Below are positions 1 through 7,402 of a stretch of DNA of 22,627 bases, one piece after another. Numbering within the stretch: position 1 is the stretch's first letter; each line of letters opens with the position of its first letter. Both the position numbers and the translations under genes were made by a program. The notes under the pieces are model-generated. The model did no database searches and was not told the origin of the DNA. It was given only the letters and a program-made list of their open reading frames with translations. The DNA is from Phycisphaerales bacterium (lineage in GTDB: Bacteria; Planctomycetota; Phycisphaerae; UBA1845; Fen-1342). The stretch lies in NCBI GenBank assembly GCA_016795025.1, contig JAEUIR010000051.1:1-22627 (forward strand), in the 5' to 3' direction.

Positions 1-309
1 AGTAACTCTTCGATTTTTCGGCCGATTTGCTCGAAGCTGAGCGTCCATGCGTCCGGCGCGCCGGGGTCGGCCTTGAAATTGCAGAAGATACATTTGGCGG
101 TGCAAACGTTCGAGTAATTAATATTGCGATCGACCACGTACGTCCGCGTCGGCTCGGGGTGAAGCTGCATGACACGCGAGAACGCGCGGCGTCCAAGCTC
201 GTGAATCGGCCATTCGTAGTACATTTCGAGCGCTTCCGCGTCGCTGAGGCGGCGGAAAGCGGGCTGGGCGCTCGGTGCGCCGTGTGTTGCCGGTGCGGCT
301 TGCAGCATG
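1..309 (-). CDS. Radical SAM enzyme, MqnC/MqnE/CofG/CofH subfamily (futalosine-pathway/F420-type). N-terminal 103 codons only; the gene continues off the left edge
   Basis: Minus-strand frame read from an ATG at 309 down to position 1 gives MLQAAPATHG...LHPEPTRTYVVDRNINYSNVCTAKCIFCNFKADPGAPDAWTLSFEQIGRKIEELL. It carries the CxxxCxxC radical-SAM cluster motif (CTAKCIFC) and the DRNINY[ST]NVC signature typical of MqnC/MqnE/CofH. It is not in the supplied ORF track because it is edge-truncated. The listed + ORF 27..374 is its antisense shadow. Confidence 0.55.
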
Positions 310-430
310 CAGATCGTCCTCGATGCGCGCCGGAGATCGAAAAGTGGTTCGCGCGGCACGGAGGTGAATCGTAACACGGCGACAGATGCCGGCCAATTTT
401 CTGCCGTTTCAGATTGAGTGAAAAAAGCGG

Positions 431-1513
431 TCAGGCCCCGCGAAAATCGTCCAACTGCGTTTCGTGCGGTGGCGGCTGCGGACATAGCCAGGCACGCAAC
501 GCGGCGTCGGCGAATTGCGGCGCGCAGAGACAATAATCTGAGCGACCTGAGTCATCGGCGACGGCGAGCACGCTCGTATCCGGCCAATAAATCAGAGTGC
601 TGCGCGAACGAACATAGAGCTTGATTTCCCATGTGCGGGCGAAGCGAGCGGATTCGCGAACAATCAACGATTGAGGGGCGACGAACACCTGGAGCGGGCG
701 CGGGCTCACCGCCAGCGCGAACAACCCGAGGAATAACGGACCGTAGTCCAGCAGCGGCAATAAATGTGACGAACGGCTTGAGATAATACCAAAAACTGCG
801 GCCAAAAAGGCGGCCGCGAGAACCATCAATCCGAACAGAATCATCGCGAGCTGCGCGAAGCGCGCTAATCGAGCCGCCTTTGCATCGCCCGGTCTACGTT
901 GCAGAAACTCCGCAAGTTGTTCGAGCTGCGTCGACGGTTTCACAAACCGCGCCAAGCCTTCGCGGTCCGGCGGGAACAAGCGCAGTGGTTCGAAGGCCTG
1001 TTGAAGCGGTTCGAGTGTCTTGCGGTCCGCGATCGGCGTGGGTGAGAAGCGCACTGTCGCCCCGGCGCATCCAGCCGACACGAACTGTTCCGCAATCGTC
1101 GTCGTGCTTGACTTGACGAGCCGCATGATGACGCCGATCGTGGGGTGAACCACCGCGATATCGGATTGGGCGAAGTCCGCCGTAATGGTTTCAATCAACG
1201 ATCGAGAGCACGTGGACGGGCCGCGGATGCATGCGAACATTCGGCGAATTCGCCATCGCTTTATTCGTTCTGTCGCATGGTCGAATACGATCATGACGAG
1301 CAACATCGCCAGCATCGTAATCCCCCTGCTTATGGTCAATGCTCGGCAGATGGCAACGCACGCGAATAGAACCGCCATCAGTTGAAAGCCGTAAAGGCTG
1401 AATGAACGCTTGGCGGTGACGACTTCGATGACCGAAGCGAAACATGACGGCGTCCGCTCCTGATCCGCCCGTAAAGAGGAACTCACTTTGCATCCGCCCG
1501 CGGCTTCACCCAC
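431..1513 (-). CDS. Hypothetical polytopic membrane protein (at least 3 predicted TM segments). Function unknown
   Basis: 360 aa ORF with long hydrophobic stretches: LMAVLFACVAICRALTISRGITMLAMLLVMIVF, LAMILFGLMVLAAAFLAAVFGIISS and LLPLLDYGPLFLGLFALAV. Such stretches are not expected in antisense shadow ORFs, which tend to be Arg/Ala/Pro-rich. No recognisable catalytic motif. The start is uncertain because the ORF overlaps the GNAT stop by 31 nt; an internal start is possible. Confidence 0.4.
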   Translation of the reverse strand: MGEAAGGCKVSSSLRADQERTPSCFASVIEVVTAKRSFSLYGFQLMAVLFACVAICRALTISRGITMLAMLLVMIVFDHATERIKRWRIRRMFACIRGPSTCSRSLIETITADFAQSDIAVVHPTIGVIMRLVKSSTTTIAEQFVSAGCAGATVRFSPTPIADRKTLEPLQQAFEPLRLFPPDREGLARFVKPSTQLEQLAEFLQRRPGDAKAARLARFAQLAMILFGLMVLAAAFLAAVFGIISSRSSHLLPLLDYGPLFLGLFALAVSPRPLQVFVAPQSLIVRESARFARTWEIKLYVRSRSTLIYWPDTSVLAVADDSGRSDYCLCAPQFADAALRAWLCPQPPPHETQLDDFRGA

Positions 1514-2055
1514 AATCCCATGAAAACTTCATCCACATAGCGATCGCCGGATAGCTTAGCCTGGCCGGGGCGCACGCCTTCATCAACGAAGCCAAGACTG
1601 CGGTATAGCCCCTGACCGACATCATTGGAGCTGAATACCGACAGGCAAACTTTTTCGATCGTTGGGTGCGCGCGCGCCCAATCGATCATCGCCAGCATGA
1701 GCAATCGGCCGACGCCGCGACCGCGCCACTCGGTGGCGATCGAAATGCCGAGCGTGCCGGTATGTGCGATGCGCCGGCGATTTCCGACAAAGAAGCCGCA
1801 GCCGCCCACGATTTTTCCCTCAACCAACCCAATGAGCAGCAGGCTCGCCGGGTTATCGCGGATGCCGCGCAGAAAATCCGCCTCGGCCTCCGGCGTCGGC
1901 GGAAGCTCGTCGGGCTGCGTTGCGACCTGATCAGTGGTGGCGTGGGCTTCTCGAACGAAATCGAGCATTTCGGCTGCTTCTTCGACGGCGGCGCTGCGGA
2001 TCTCAAGCCTGACGCCCTCGCGCGTTTTCCGAAATATCGGCGGATGCGTCGCCAT
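1483..2055 (-). CDS. GNAT family N-acetyltransferase
   Basis: From the internal ATG at 2055: MATHPPIFRKTREGVRLEI...GKIVGGCGFFV...IATEWRGRGVGRLLMLAMIDWARAHPTIEKVCLSVFSSNDVGQGLYRSLGF. The GNAT acetyl-CoA-binding motif R/Q-x-x-G-x-G/A is present as RGRGVG. The upstream 104 codons of the 294 aa ORF overlap the FIST gene region and are low-complexity. Confidence 0.75.
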   Translation of the reverse strand: MATHPPIFRKTREGVRLEIRSAAVEEAAEMLDFVREAHATTDQVATQPDELPPTPEAEADFLRGIRDNPASLLLIGLVEGKIVGGCGFFVGNRRRIAHTGTLGISIATEWRGRGVGRLLMLAMIDWARAHPTIEKVCLSVFSSNDVGQGLYRSLGFVDEGVRPGQAKLSGDRYVDEVFMGLWVKPRADAK

Positions 2056-2199
2056 CAGCGTTCCTCGACGAGTTGGAAAGCGGAGTATGACGGGATTGAC
2101 CGCCGCTGGCGAGTCCCCGGCCGACGGGCGAATTGGAACGAGGCGCGCCGCCGCATACAATCGGGAACGGAGTCGGGAAAAAGAAGGGTTGCATCGCGC

Positions 2200-3390
2200 A
2201 TGAAGATCGCTTCGGCAGTGGTGAATCTGGTCGGGACTGAAAACACGGTCCGGCACCTCGTCATGCAACTCCGGCAGGAGCTGGGTGACGGCCCGATCGA
2301 TTTGCTCATTTTGTTCGGCAGCGCGCATTTTGAAGGCGACTTGGAAAAAATCGCGCCGGAGCTGCAAGAAGCGCTGTCACCGCGGACGTTCATCGGTTGC
2401 ACGGCCGACGCGGTGATTCGCGACGACCAGGAATACGAGCATCAACCGGGGCTTGTCGCGTGGGCGGCGCGCATGCCCGGAACTCGCTGCGTTTCGTTTC
2501 ATTTGTCGCAGGATGATCTAGCGCGCCTGGACACGCCTGAGGCGCTGCGCGAACACCTGAATGTCCCGGCGGATGAGAGTCCATACTTCGTGCTGCTGGG
2601 CGATCCGTTCAGCGCGAATCCGATACAGTTGCTCGATCGCATCAACACGGCTTATCCGAGGCGACCGGCGATCGGCGGCATGGCATCAGCCGGCGAGCAG
2701 CCGGAGCAAAACGTGCTGGTGTTTGAGGGGCAGACGCTGCGGCATGGTACCGTGGGCGTGGCGCTTTGGGGCAATGTCGAAATGGACACGATTGTGTCGC
2801 AGGGGTGCCGGCCGATCGGGCGGCATCTGGTTGTGACCAAAGCGGAGAACAACATCATTCACCAACTCGGCGGCAAGCCAACGCTCGCAGCCGTCAATGA
2901 GATTTTGAATGAATGCCCACAAAGCGACATTGATCTGGCCAAAAAACGCGGACTGTTGATCGGTTGCGTGATTAACGAATACATGAAGACGTTTGGGTCG
3001 GGCGATTTTCTGATTCGCAACCCGATCAGCATCGACGAAAAATCCGGCGCGATGGCCGTGAACGACATGATGCGCACGGGGCAGACGGTGCAGTTTCATG
3101 TGCGCGACAGCCAATCGGCGGCGGAGGATTTGCAGTATTTACTATCGGTGAAAGCGACAGAACCGGCCGCCGGCGCGCTGTTGTTCAGTTGCAACGGCCG
3201 CGGCTCGCGCTTTTTTCCCGATCGACATCACGACGCGCGGGCAGTGGTTGACGGACGCTCGCAAATGCCGGTGGCCGGGTTTTTCTGCGCCGGCGAAATC
3301 GGTCCGGTGGGCAACCGCAATTTTTTGCACGGGTTTACGGCGAGCATCGGATTCTTTCGCCCAACAAACGGCGATCATGGCGGGGGATGA
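2200..3390 (+). CDS. Stand-alone FIST (N+C) sensor domain protein
   Basis: MKIASAVVNLVGTENTV...LLILFGSAHFEGDLEKIAPEL...GVALWGNVEMDTIVSQGCRPIGRHLVVTKAENNIIHQLGGKPTLAAVNEIL...ALLFSCNGRGSRFF...AGFFCAGEIGPVGNRNFLHGFTASIGFF. The C-terminal GFFCAGEIGP...N.LHGFT block is the FIST_C signature. The start is moved from 1666 to the ATG at 2200, which has a purine-rich RBS (aagaaggg) 11 nt upstream; the upstream part of the ORF is antisense to the GNAT gene. Confidence 0.7.
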   Translation: MKIASAVVNLVGTENTVRHLVMQLRQELGDGPIDLLILFGSAHFEGDLEKIAPELQEALSPRTFIGCTADAVIRDDQEYEHQPGLVAWAARMPGTRCVSFHLSQDDLARLDTPEALREHLNVPADESPYFVLLGDPFSANPIQLLDRINTAYPRRPAIGGMASAGEQPEQNVLVFEGQTLRHGTVGVALWGNVEMDTIVSQGCRPIGRHLVVTKAENNIIHQLGGKPTLAAVNEILNECPQSDIDLAKKRGLLIGCVINEYMKTFGSGDFLIRNPISIDEKSGAMAVNDMMRTGQTVQFHVRDSQSAAEDLQYLLSVKATEPAAGALLFSCNGRGSRFFPDRHHDARAVVDGRSQMPVAGFFCAGEIGPVGNRNFLHGFTASIGFFRPTNGDHGGG

Positions 3391-3763
3391 TGGACGAAAG
3401 CGTTTTCGGCCGAAGCAGCGGATTCGAGCCCGCGCGGAGTTTGATGCGGTTTTTCGGAACGGCGTTCGCGTGCAGAATGAATCGCTCACCGTGTGGTTAT
3501 TGCCGGCGGCGGCGGGGCGAGTGGAAACGCGACTTGGGATTGTCGTTTCCCGCAAGCACGGCGGCGCGGTCGCGCGCAATCGATTGAAGCGGCTGATTCG
3601 GGAGGCCTTCCGCATGTCGGCGCGTGAGTTGCCGATCGCCAGCGATATTCTCTGTCAGCCGCGCGCCGGCCGGAAACTCTCGCTCGACGAGGCTTGCGCT
3701 TCGCTGGTGCGCCTCGCGCGGGCGGCGCTGGGCCGGGGTTCGCGGGCTCCACAGGGGCATTGA
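3377..3763 (+). CDS. rnpA: Ribonuclease P protein component
   Basis: MAGDDGRKRFRPKQRIRARAEFDAVFRNGVRVQNESLTVWLLPAAAGRVETRLGIVVSRKHGGAVARNRLKRLIREAFR. This is the classic RnpA RNR-motif region (R-L-G-x-x-V-S-[KR]-K-x-G-x-A-V-x-R-N-R-x-K-R-x-x-R-E). Size is ~128 aa. The start ATG at 3377 overlaps the FIST stop (ATGGCGGGGGATGA). Confidence 0.85.
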   Translation: MAGDDGRKRFRPKQRIRARAEFDAVFRNGVRVQNESLTVWLLPAAAGRVETRLGIVVSRKHGGAVARNRLKRLIREAFRMSARELPIASDILCQPRAGRKLSLDEACASLVRLARAALGRGSRAPQGH

Positions 3764-3769
3764 CGGCAC

Positions 3770-4921
3770 ATGAGCACGAACGGCGCGACGGAACGCCCGA
3801 TTCTAATTCTCTCCGCGTCCGCCGGCGCCGGGCATATGATGGCGGCGCGCGCGATTGAACAAGCGCTGCGCGCGGCGGCGCCGGGGGTGTCGATCGAGGT
3901 TCTGGACGTGCTGAGCGCGGCGAGCGGCGCTTTTCGGCGAATGTATGCCGGCGGGTATTTGTCGCTGGTGCGCCGCGCTCCGGTTCTGATGGGCGTGCTA
4001 TATGAGCGCATGGATCAACCCGTCCCAAACATCGCGGACCGTGCCCGCCTGCTGATTCAGAATGCCCACGCACCGCGCATCGCGCGCTGCATTCGCGCAC
4101 ATCGGCCGCGCGCGATTGTGAATACGCATTTTCTCTCCGCGGAAATCGTGTCGCAGATGCGGCGCAGCGGGGCGCTCAATTGCCCGCAGGCGACCGTAAC
4201 GACGGACTTTGAGACGCACCGCCTGTGGGTGCAAGAGCCGACCGAGCGCTACTTCGCTGCCAGCGAGCAAGGGCGCGTCCTGCTGCGGCGCTGGGGCGTG
4301 GACGATCTGCGCATCCGAGTAACCGGAATTCCTGTAATGGATGCGTTTCGCCCGACGGCGAATCAGAGCGCCGTGCGAACTGAGTTAGGGCTTGATCCGG
4401 CCCGGCCGGTTGTGCTGTTGCTGTGCGGGGGTTTTGGTGTCGGCCCGGTCGCGCTGGCCTTTCAGGAGATTCTGGCGCTGTTGGATACGCAGTTGGTGGC
4501 CGTGTGTGGTCGCAACGAAGCGCTGCGCGAGCGGTTGGCACTGATGTCGAAAGGGGCGGAGTCGCGGTGCAAGGTCGTCGGGTTCACGAACGAGATGCAT
4601 CGATACATGCAAGCGGCCGATGTTGCGGTTACGAAGCCGGGCGGCCTGACATCGAGCGAGGCGCTGGCGTGCGGTTTGCCGATGGTCGTGGTGAATCCAA
4701 TTCCCGGGCAGGAGTCGCGCAACAGCGATTTTCTTCTCGAAAGCGGCGCGGCGATCAAAGCGAACGACGCGTGCCTGGTTGGACCGCGAATCCGCAGCTT
4801 ACTCTCGTCGCCGACACGACTTGCGGCGATGCGCGATGCCGCGCTTCGCGAGGCCCGTCCGGATGCGGCGAGGCAGATCGCCGAGGCGGTCGGGGAAATG
4901 TGCGGTGCGTCGGCCGTTTGA
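3770..4921 (+). CDS. GT28 glycosyltransferase of the UgtP / MGDG-synthase family (processive diacylglycerol glycosyltransferase-like)
   Basis: Colinear similarity to B. subtilis UgtP recalled from memory: ILILSASAGAGHMMAARAIEQAL vs VLILTANYGNGHVQVAKTL; VTTDFETHRLWVQEPTERYFAASE...VTGIPV vs [24 protein letters not shown]...ITGIPI; GGFGVGP vs GGGLGLGP; VTKPGGLTSSEALACGLPMVVVNPIPGQESRNSDFLLESGAAIKAND vs ISKPGGLTVSEALAMNLPMIIFDPIPGQEEANTAFLTESGAAVRADD. The start is 7 nt after the rnpA stop. Confidence 0.8.
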   Translation: MSTNGATERPILILSASAGAGHMMAARAIEQALRAAAPGVSIEVLDVLSAASGAFRRMYAGGYLSLVRRAPVLMGVLYERMDQPVPNIADRARLLIQNAHAPRIARCIRAHRPRAIVNTHFLSAEIVSQMRRSGALNCPQATVTTDFETHRLWVQEPTERYFAASEQGRVLLRRWGVDDLRIRVTGIPVMDAFRPTANQSAVRTELGLDPARPVVLLLCGGFGVGPVALAFQEILALLDTQLVAVCGRNEALRERLALMSKGAESRCKVVGFTNEMHRYMQAADVAVTKPGGLTSSEALACGLPMVVVNPIPGQESRNSDFLLESGAAIKANDACLVGPRIRSLLSSPTRLAAMRDAALREARPDAARQIAEAVGEMCGASAV

Positions 4922-4990
4922 CATTCGGCGGGTGGGTTCAAACAATTGACAACCCGCAAACCGCATTGCCGGGATTGAACGGAGGTCGAT

Positions 4991-5731
4991 GTGCGCTGGC
5001 TTGTCGCCATCCCCGCTTACAACGAAGAGCAGCACCTTCCGGCCGTGCTGGATGCCGTGCGCGAATACACGCGGCACATCGTCGTTATCGACGACGGCTC
5101 GACGGACGCGACCAGCGCGATACTCGACGCGCGGCCGGAGATTCAGCGCGTCACGCATGGAATCAACCTGGGATATGGGCGCAGTGTGATCGATGCATTT
5201 GATTACGCCGCGGCGCATCATTTCGATTGGGTTATCACGATGGATTGCGACGAGCAGCACGAGCCGGCGCAGATTCCGCATTTTGTCGCGGAAATGACGC
5301 GCGATCGCGCGGATGTTATCAGCGGCTCGCGCTATCTGATTCCGCATCCGCAAGATGACGCGGCGCCGCTCGACCGGCGCCGCATCAACCACACGATCAC
5401 GCGCGTATTGATGCAACGACTGGGTTTGCGGCTGACAGACTCGTTTTGCGGTTTCAAGGCGCATCGCGTGTGCGCGATGCAGCGGCTTCGCCTGAGTGAA
5501 ACCGGCTACGCGTTTCCGCTGCAATTCTGGGCGCGGTGCGTGCAGGAAGGATTGCGCATTACGGAGATTCCCGTCAGGCGGATTTATCGCGATGCGTCGC
5601 GCGTCTTCGGCGGCATGCTCGATGATCCCGAACATCGCCTGCGACACTACTTGGAAGTTCTCGAACGCACCATTCAGCAATCGCCCGTGCCGTGCGGCGC
5701 GCGACGCGCAGCATCGGCCGCGTGTCATTGA
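4991..5731 (+). CDS. GT2 glycosyltransferase, Dpm1/Ppm1-like (polyprenyl-phosphate sugar synthase family)
   Basis: GTG start at 4991 with a GGAGG RBS at 4981-4985. VAIPAYNEEQHLPAVLDAV...HIVVIDDGSTDATSAIL (GT2 DxD-region), MDCDEQHEPAQIP (DAD-x-QH-like motif) and ISGSRY all match the Dpm1-type GT2 pattern. The last ~25 residues are low-complexity, so the true C-terminus may be functionally shorter. Confidence 0.7.
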   Translation: MRWLVAIPAYNEEQHLPAVLDAVREYTRHIVVIDDGSTDATSAILDARPEIQRVTHGINLGYGRSVIDAFDYAAAHHFDWVITMDCDEQHEPAQIPHFVAEMTRDRADVISGSRYLIPHPQDDAAPLDRRRINHTITRVLMQRLGLRLTDSFCGFKAHRVCAMQRLRLSETGYAFPLQFWARCVQEGLRITEIPVRRIYRDASRVFGGMLDDPEHRLRHYLEVLERTIQQSPVPCGARRAASAACH

Positions 5732-5817
5732 GCTCGCCCGTGTTGCTGGATCGCAGTCGTCTGAAGACTCCGGCGGGACCGTTGGGGGTTCTCTGCGAAC
5801 CGTCGGCGCTGCGCGAA

Positions 5818-7257
5818 ATGCTCGACGGCAGTGTTGAGGAGTTGCGCGGCAAACCGGAAACGACGCTTGTGAGCGGAAGGCCGCTCAGCGGTTGGCGGAG
5901 CGAGCTGCGTGACGCATTTGGCCTGGTCGAGCCTGCGATCGTCACGGGGCATCAGGTCGAGTTCTACCATGCGGGGGTTTTCGCGAAGGTGGTCGCGGCG
6001 CATCATCTGGCGGAGCGAAGCGGTGGAAGCGCGCTGTTCGTCGGCGTGGACAGCGATACGCCCAAAACCGCGCGCTTGACGACCACGCGCATTTCGCATG
6101 GCGCGGCGCAGCGTGTGGAGGTATTGATTCCCGGCGTTGATATGGACGTGTCAATGGAGGCGCAGGAGGCATTGCCGCGCGAGCAGTGGCTGGAGTTCTT
6201 CGCGCGCGTCGCTGATCTATCGCCGGATTACGAATCGAGCGGGCTTCGCGCATTCGCCGACGGATGGCTGGGCGGCGCAGCGGAGCGCGTCGCGATTTCC
6301 GCGGCGATGTCGCGCGGTCACGAAGGCCTGCAAGACGCTCTGGGCGTGAAGCCTACGCCGCATGTGCCGGTTTCCAGGCTGTGTACGACGCCGGCTTTTT
6401 CCGCGTTTTTTGAGCAAATCGCAATGAACGCCGCACGATTCGCAAAGAATTACAACGCTGCGCAGACAGCGTATCGAGCGCGCCACCGCGTGAGATCGGA
6501 TCAACGTCCTGTTCCGCCGCTGGTCGTGGATTGCGATCAGGTGGAACTGCCGTTTTGGATGATTGACGGCGCAGGCCGGCGAAAGCGGCTGTCATTGGAT
6601 CGCGCGCGCGGTCTGCGAGTAGAAGGCGTTTCAGCCGATATTTCTATTCAAAACGCGCTACGCGGCATTCAGGAAGGCACGCACCGAATTCGGCCGCGAG
6701 CGCTCACGCTGACGCTTTTTTTGCGTTTGTTCGTGGCGGATGCGTTTATTCACGGCATCGGCGGCGCGAAATATGATGAGATTACGGACGAGCTCTCGCG
6801 CGAGTTTTTCGGCGCGGCGGCCGCGCCGATCGCGTGCGTCAGCGCGACGCTAAGCCTGTTCGGCGAGCAGCAGGCATTGGTACCGGATGAGCTCGCGGCC
6901 GCGAGGCTCGCCGTTCGTGATCTGCGGCACAATCCCGAACGGTATGTGAAAGGCATCGACGAGGGGCTGATTGCGGAGCGCGACGAGTTGCTGCGCGAAG
7001 CGGCTCGGCTTCGAGCGAATGACAGGCGAAATCGCGCGGCTCGGCGAGCGATTCACCGGTCGCTGCGGGCCGTACACGATCGCATGCTGGCGGTCCAACC
7101 TTGGTTGGGTTCTTCGCTGACTCAGCGGGTCGAAACGCTGCTTTCTCGCAGCCGCGACGAAAAGTTACGCGCAGATCGTGAGGTTTTTTACGGCTTTCAT
7201 TCGCTTTCGGCCTTGCGAGAATTGGTGAGCGCGATCCGCGGAGCGATCGGCTCGTGA
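5818..7257 (+). CDS. Conserved protein with BshC-like motifs (putative bacillithiol-type cysteine-adding enzyme family) and a C-terminal coiled coil
   Basis: AIVTGHQVEFYHAGVFAKVVAAHHLAE...ALFVGVDSDTPKTARL resembles the BshC N-terminal GQQxGLFxGPLYxxxK ... PVFWIAGEDHD pattern. IRPRALTLTLFLRLFVADAFIHGIGGAKYDEITDEL resembles the BshC LRP...FIGGxxEIxYW block. The C-terminal ~110 residues are strongly helical (RDELLREAARLRANDRRNRAARRAIHRSLRAV...), as in the BshC coiled-coil domain. The motifs are recalled from memory, so family assignment is tentative. The start could alternatively be GTG 5740, TTG 5743 or GTG 5692; the ATG at 5818 was chosen. Confidence 0.45.
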   Translation: MLDGSVEELRGKPETTLVSGRPLSGWRSELRDAFGLVEPAIVTGHQVEFYHAGVFAKVVAAHHLAERSGGSALFVGVDSDTPKTARLTTTRISHGAAQRVEVLIPGVDMDVSMEAQEALPREQWLEFFARVADLSPDYESSGLRAFADGWLGGAAERVAISAAMSRGHEGLQDALGVKPTPHVPVSRLCTTPAFSAFFEQIAMNAARFAKNYNAAQTAYRARHRVRSDQRPVPPLVVDCDQVELPFWMIDGAGRRKRLSLDRARGLRVEGVSADISIQNALRGIQEGTHRIRPRALTLTLFLRLFVADAFIHGIGGAKYDEITDELSREFFGAAAAPIACVSATLSLFGEQQALVPDELAAARLAVRDLRHNPERYVKGIDEGLIAERDELLREAARLRANDRRNRAARRAIHRSLRAVHDRMLAVQPWLGSSLTQRVETLLSRSRDEKLRADREVFYGFHSLSALRELVSAIRGAIGS

Positions 7258-7402
7258 GCGGTAACGGGCGCCGAATTACTGCCGCGATTTTCGCCGCGTC
7301 TTCTCGCAATTAGCGTTTTTTCTCCGGAATTCCGCAGTTGTCTCCGCTATGTGCCGGCAGCAAGATACGCGCACCCAGCAGGTCAAATTTGTGGAGCGGC
7401 GA

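Noticed and set aside
27-374. 115 aa + ORF (MLEAERPCVRRAG...).
   Set aside because: It is antisense to the radical-SAM gene (minus strand 1..309), which has clear CxxxCxxC and DRNINYSN motifs. The composition is Arg/Ala-rich and typical of shadow ORFs in high-GC DNA.
1666-2199. N-terminal 178 codons of the 574 aa + ORF that contains the FIST protein.
   Set aside because: This part overlaps the GNAT gene on the opposite strand and is Arg/Ala-rich low complexity. The FIST homology begins at MKIASAVV (2200), which has its own RBS.
4423-5728. 259 aa + ORF, 182 aa - ORF and 309 aa - ORF overlapping the GT28 and GT2 genes.
   Set aside because: Alternate-frame or antisense ORFs. The glycosyltransferase frames have strong family motifs.
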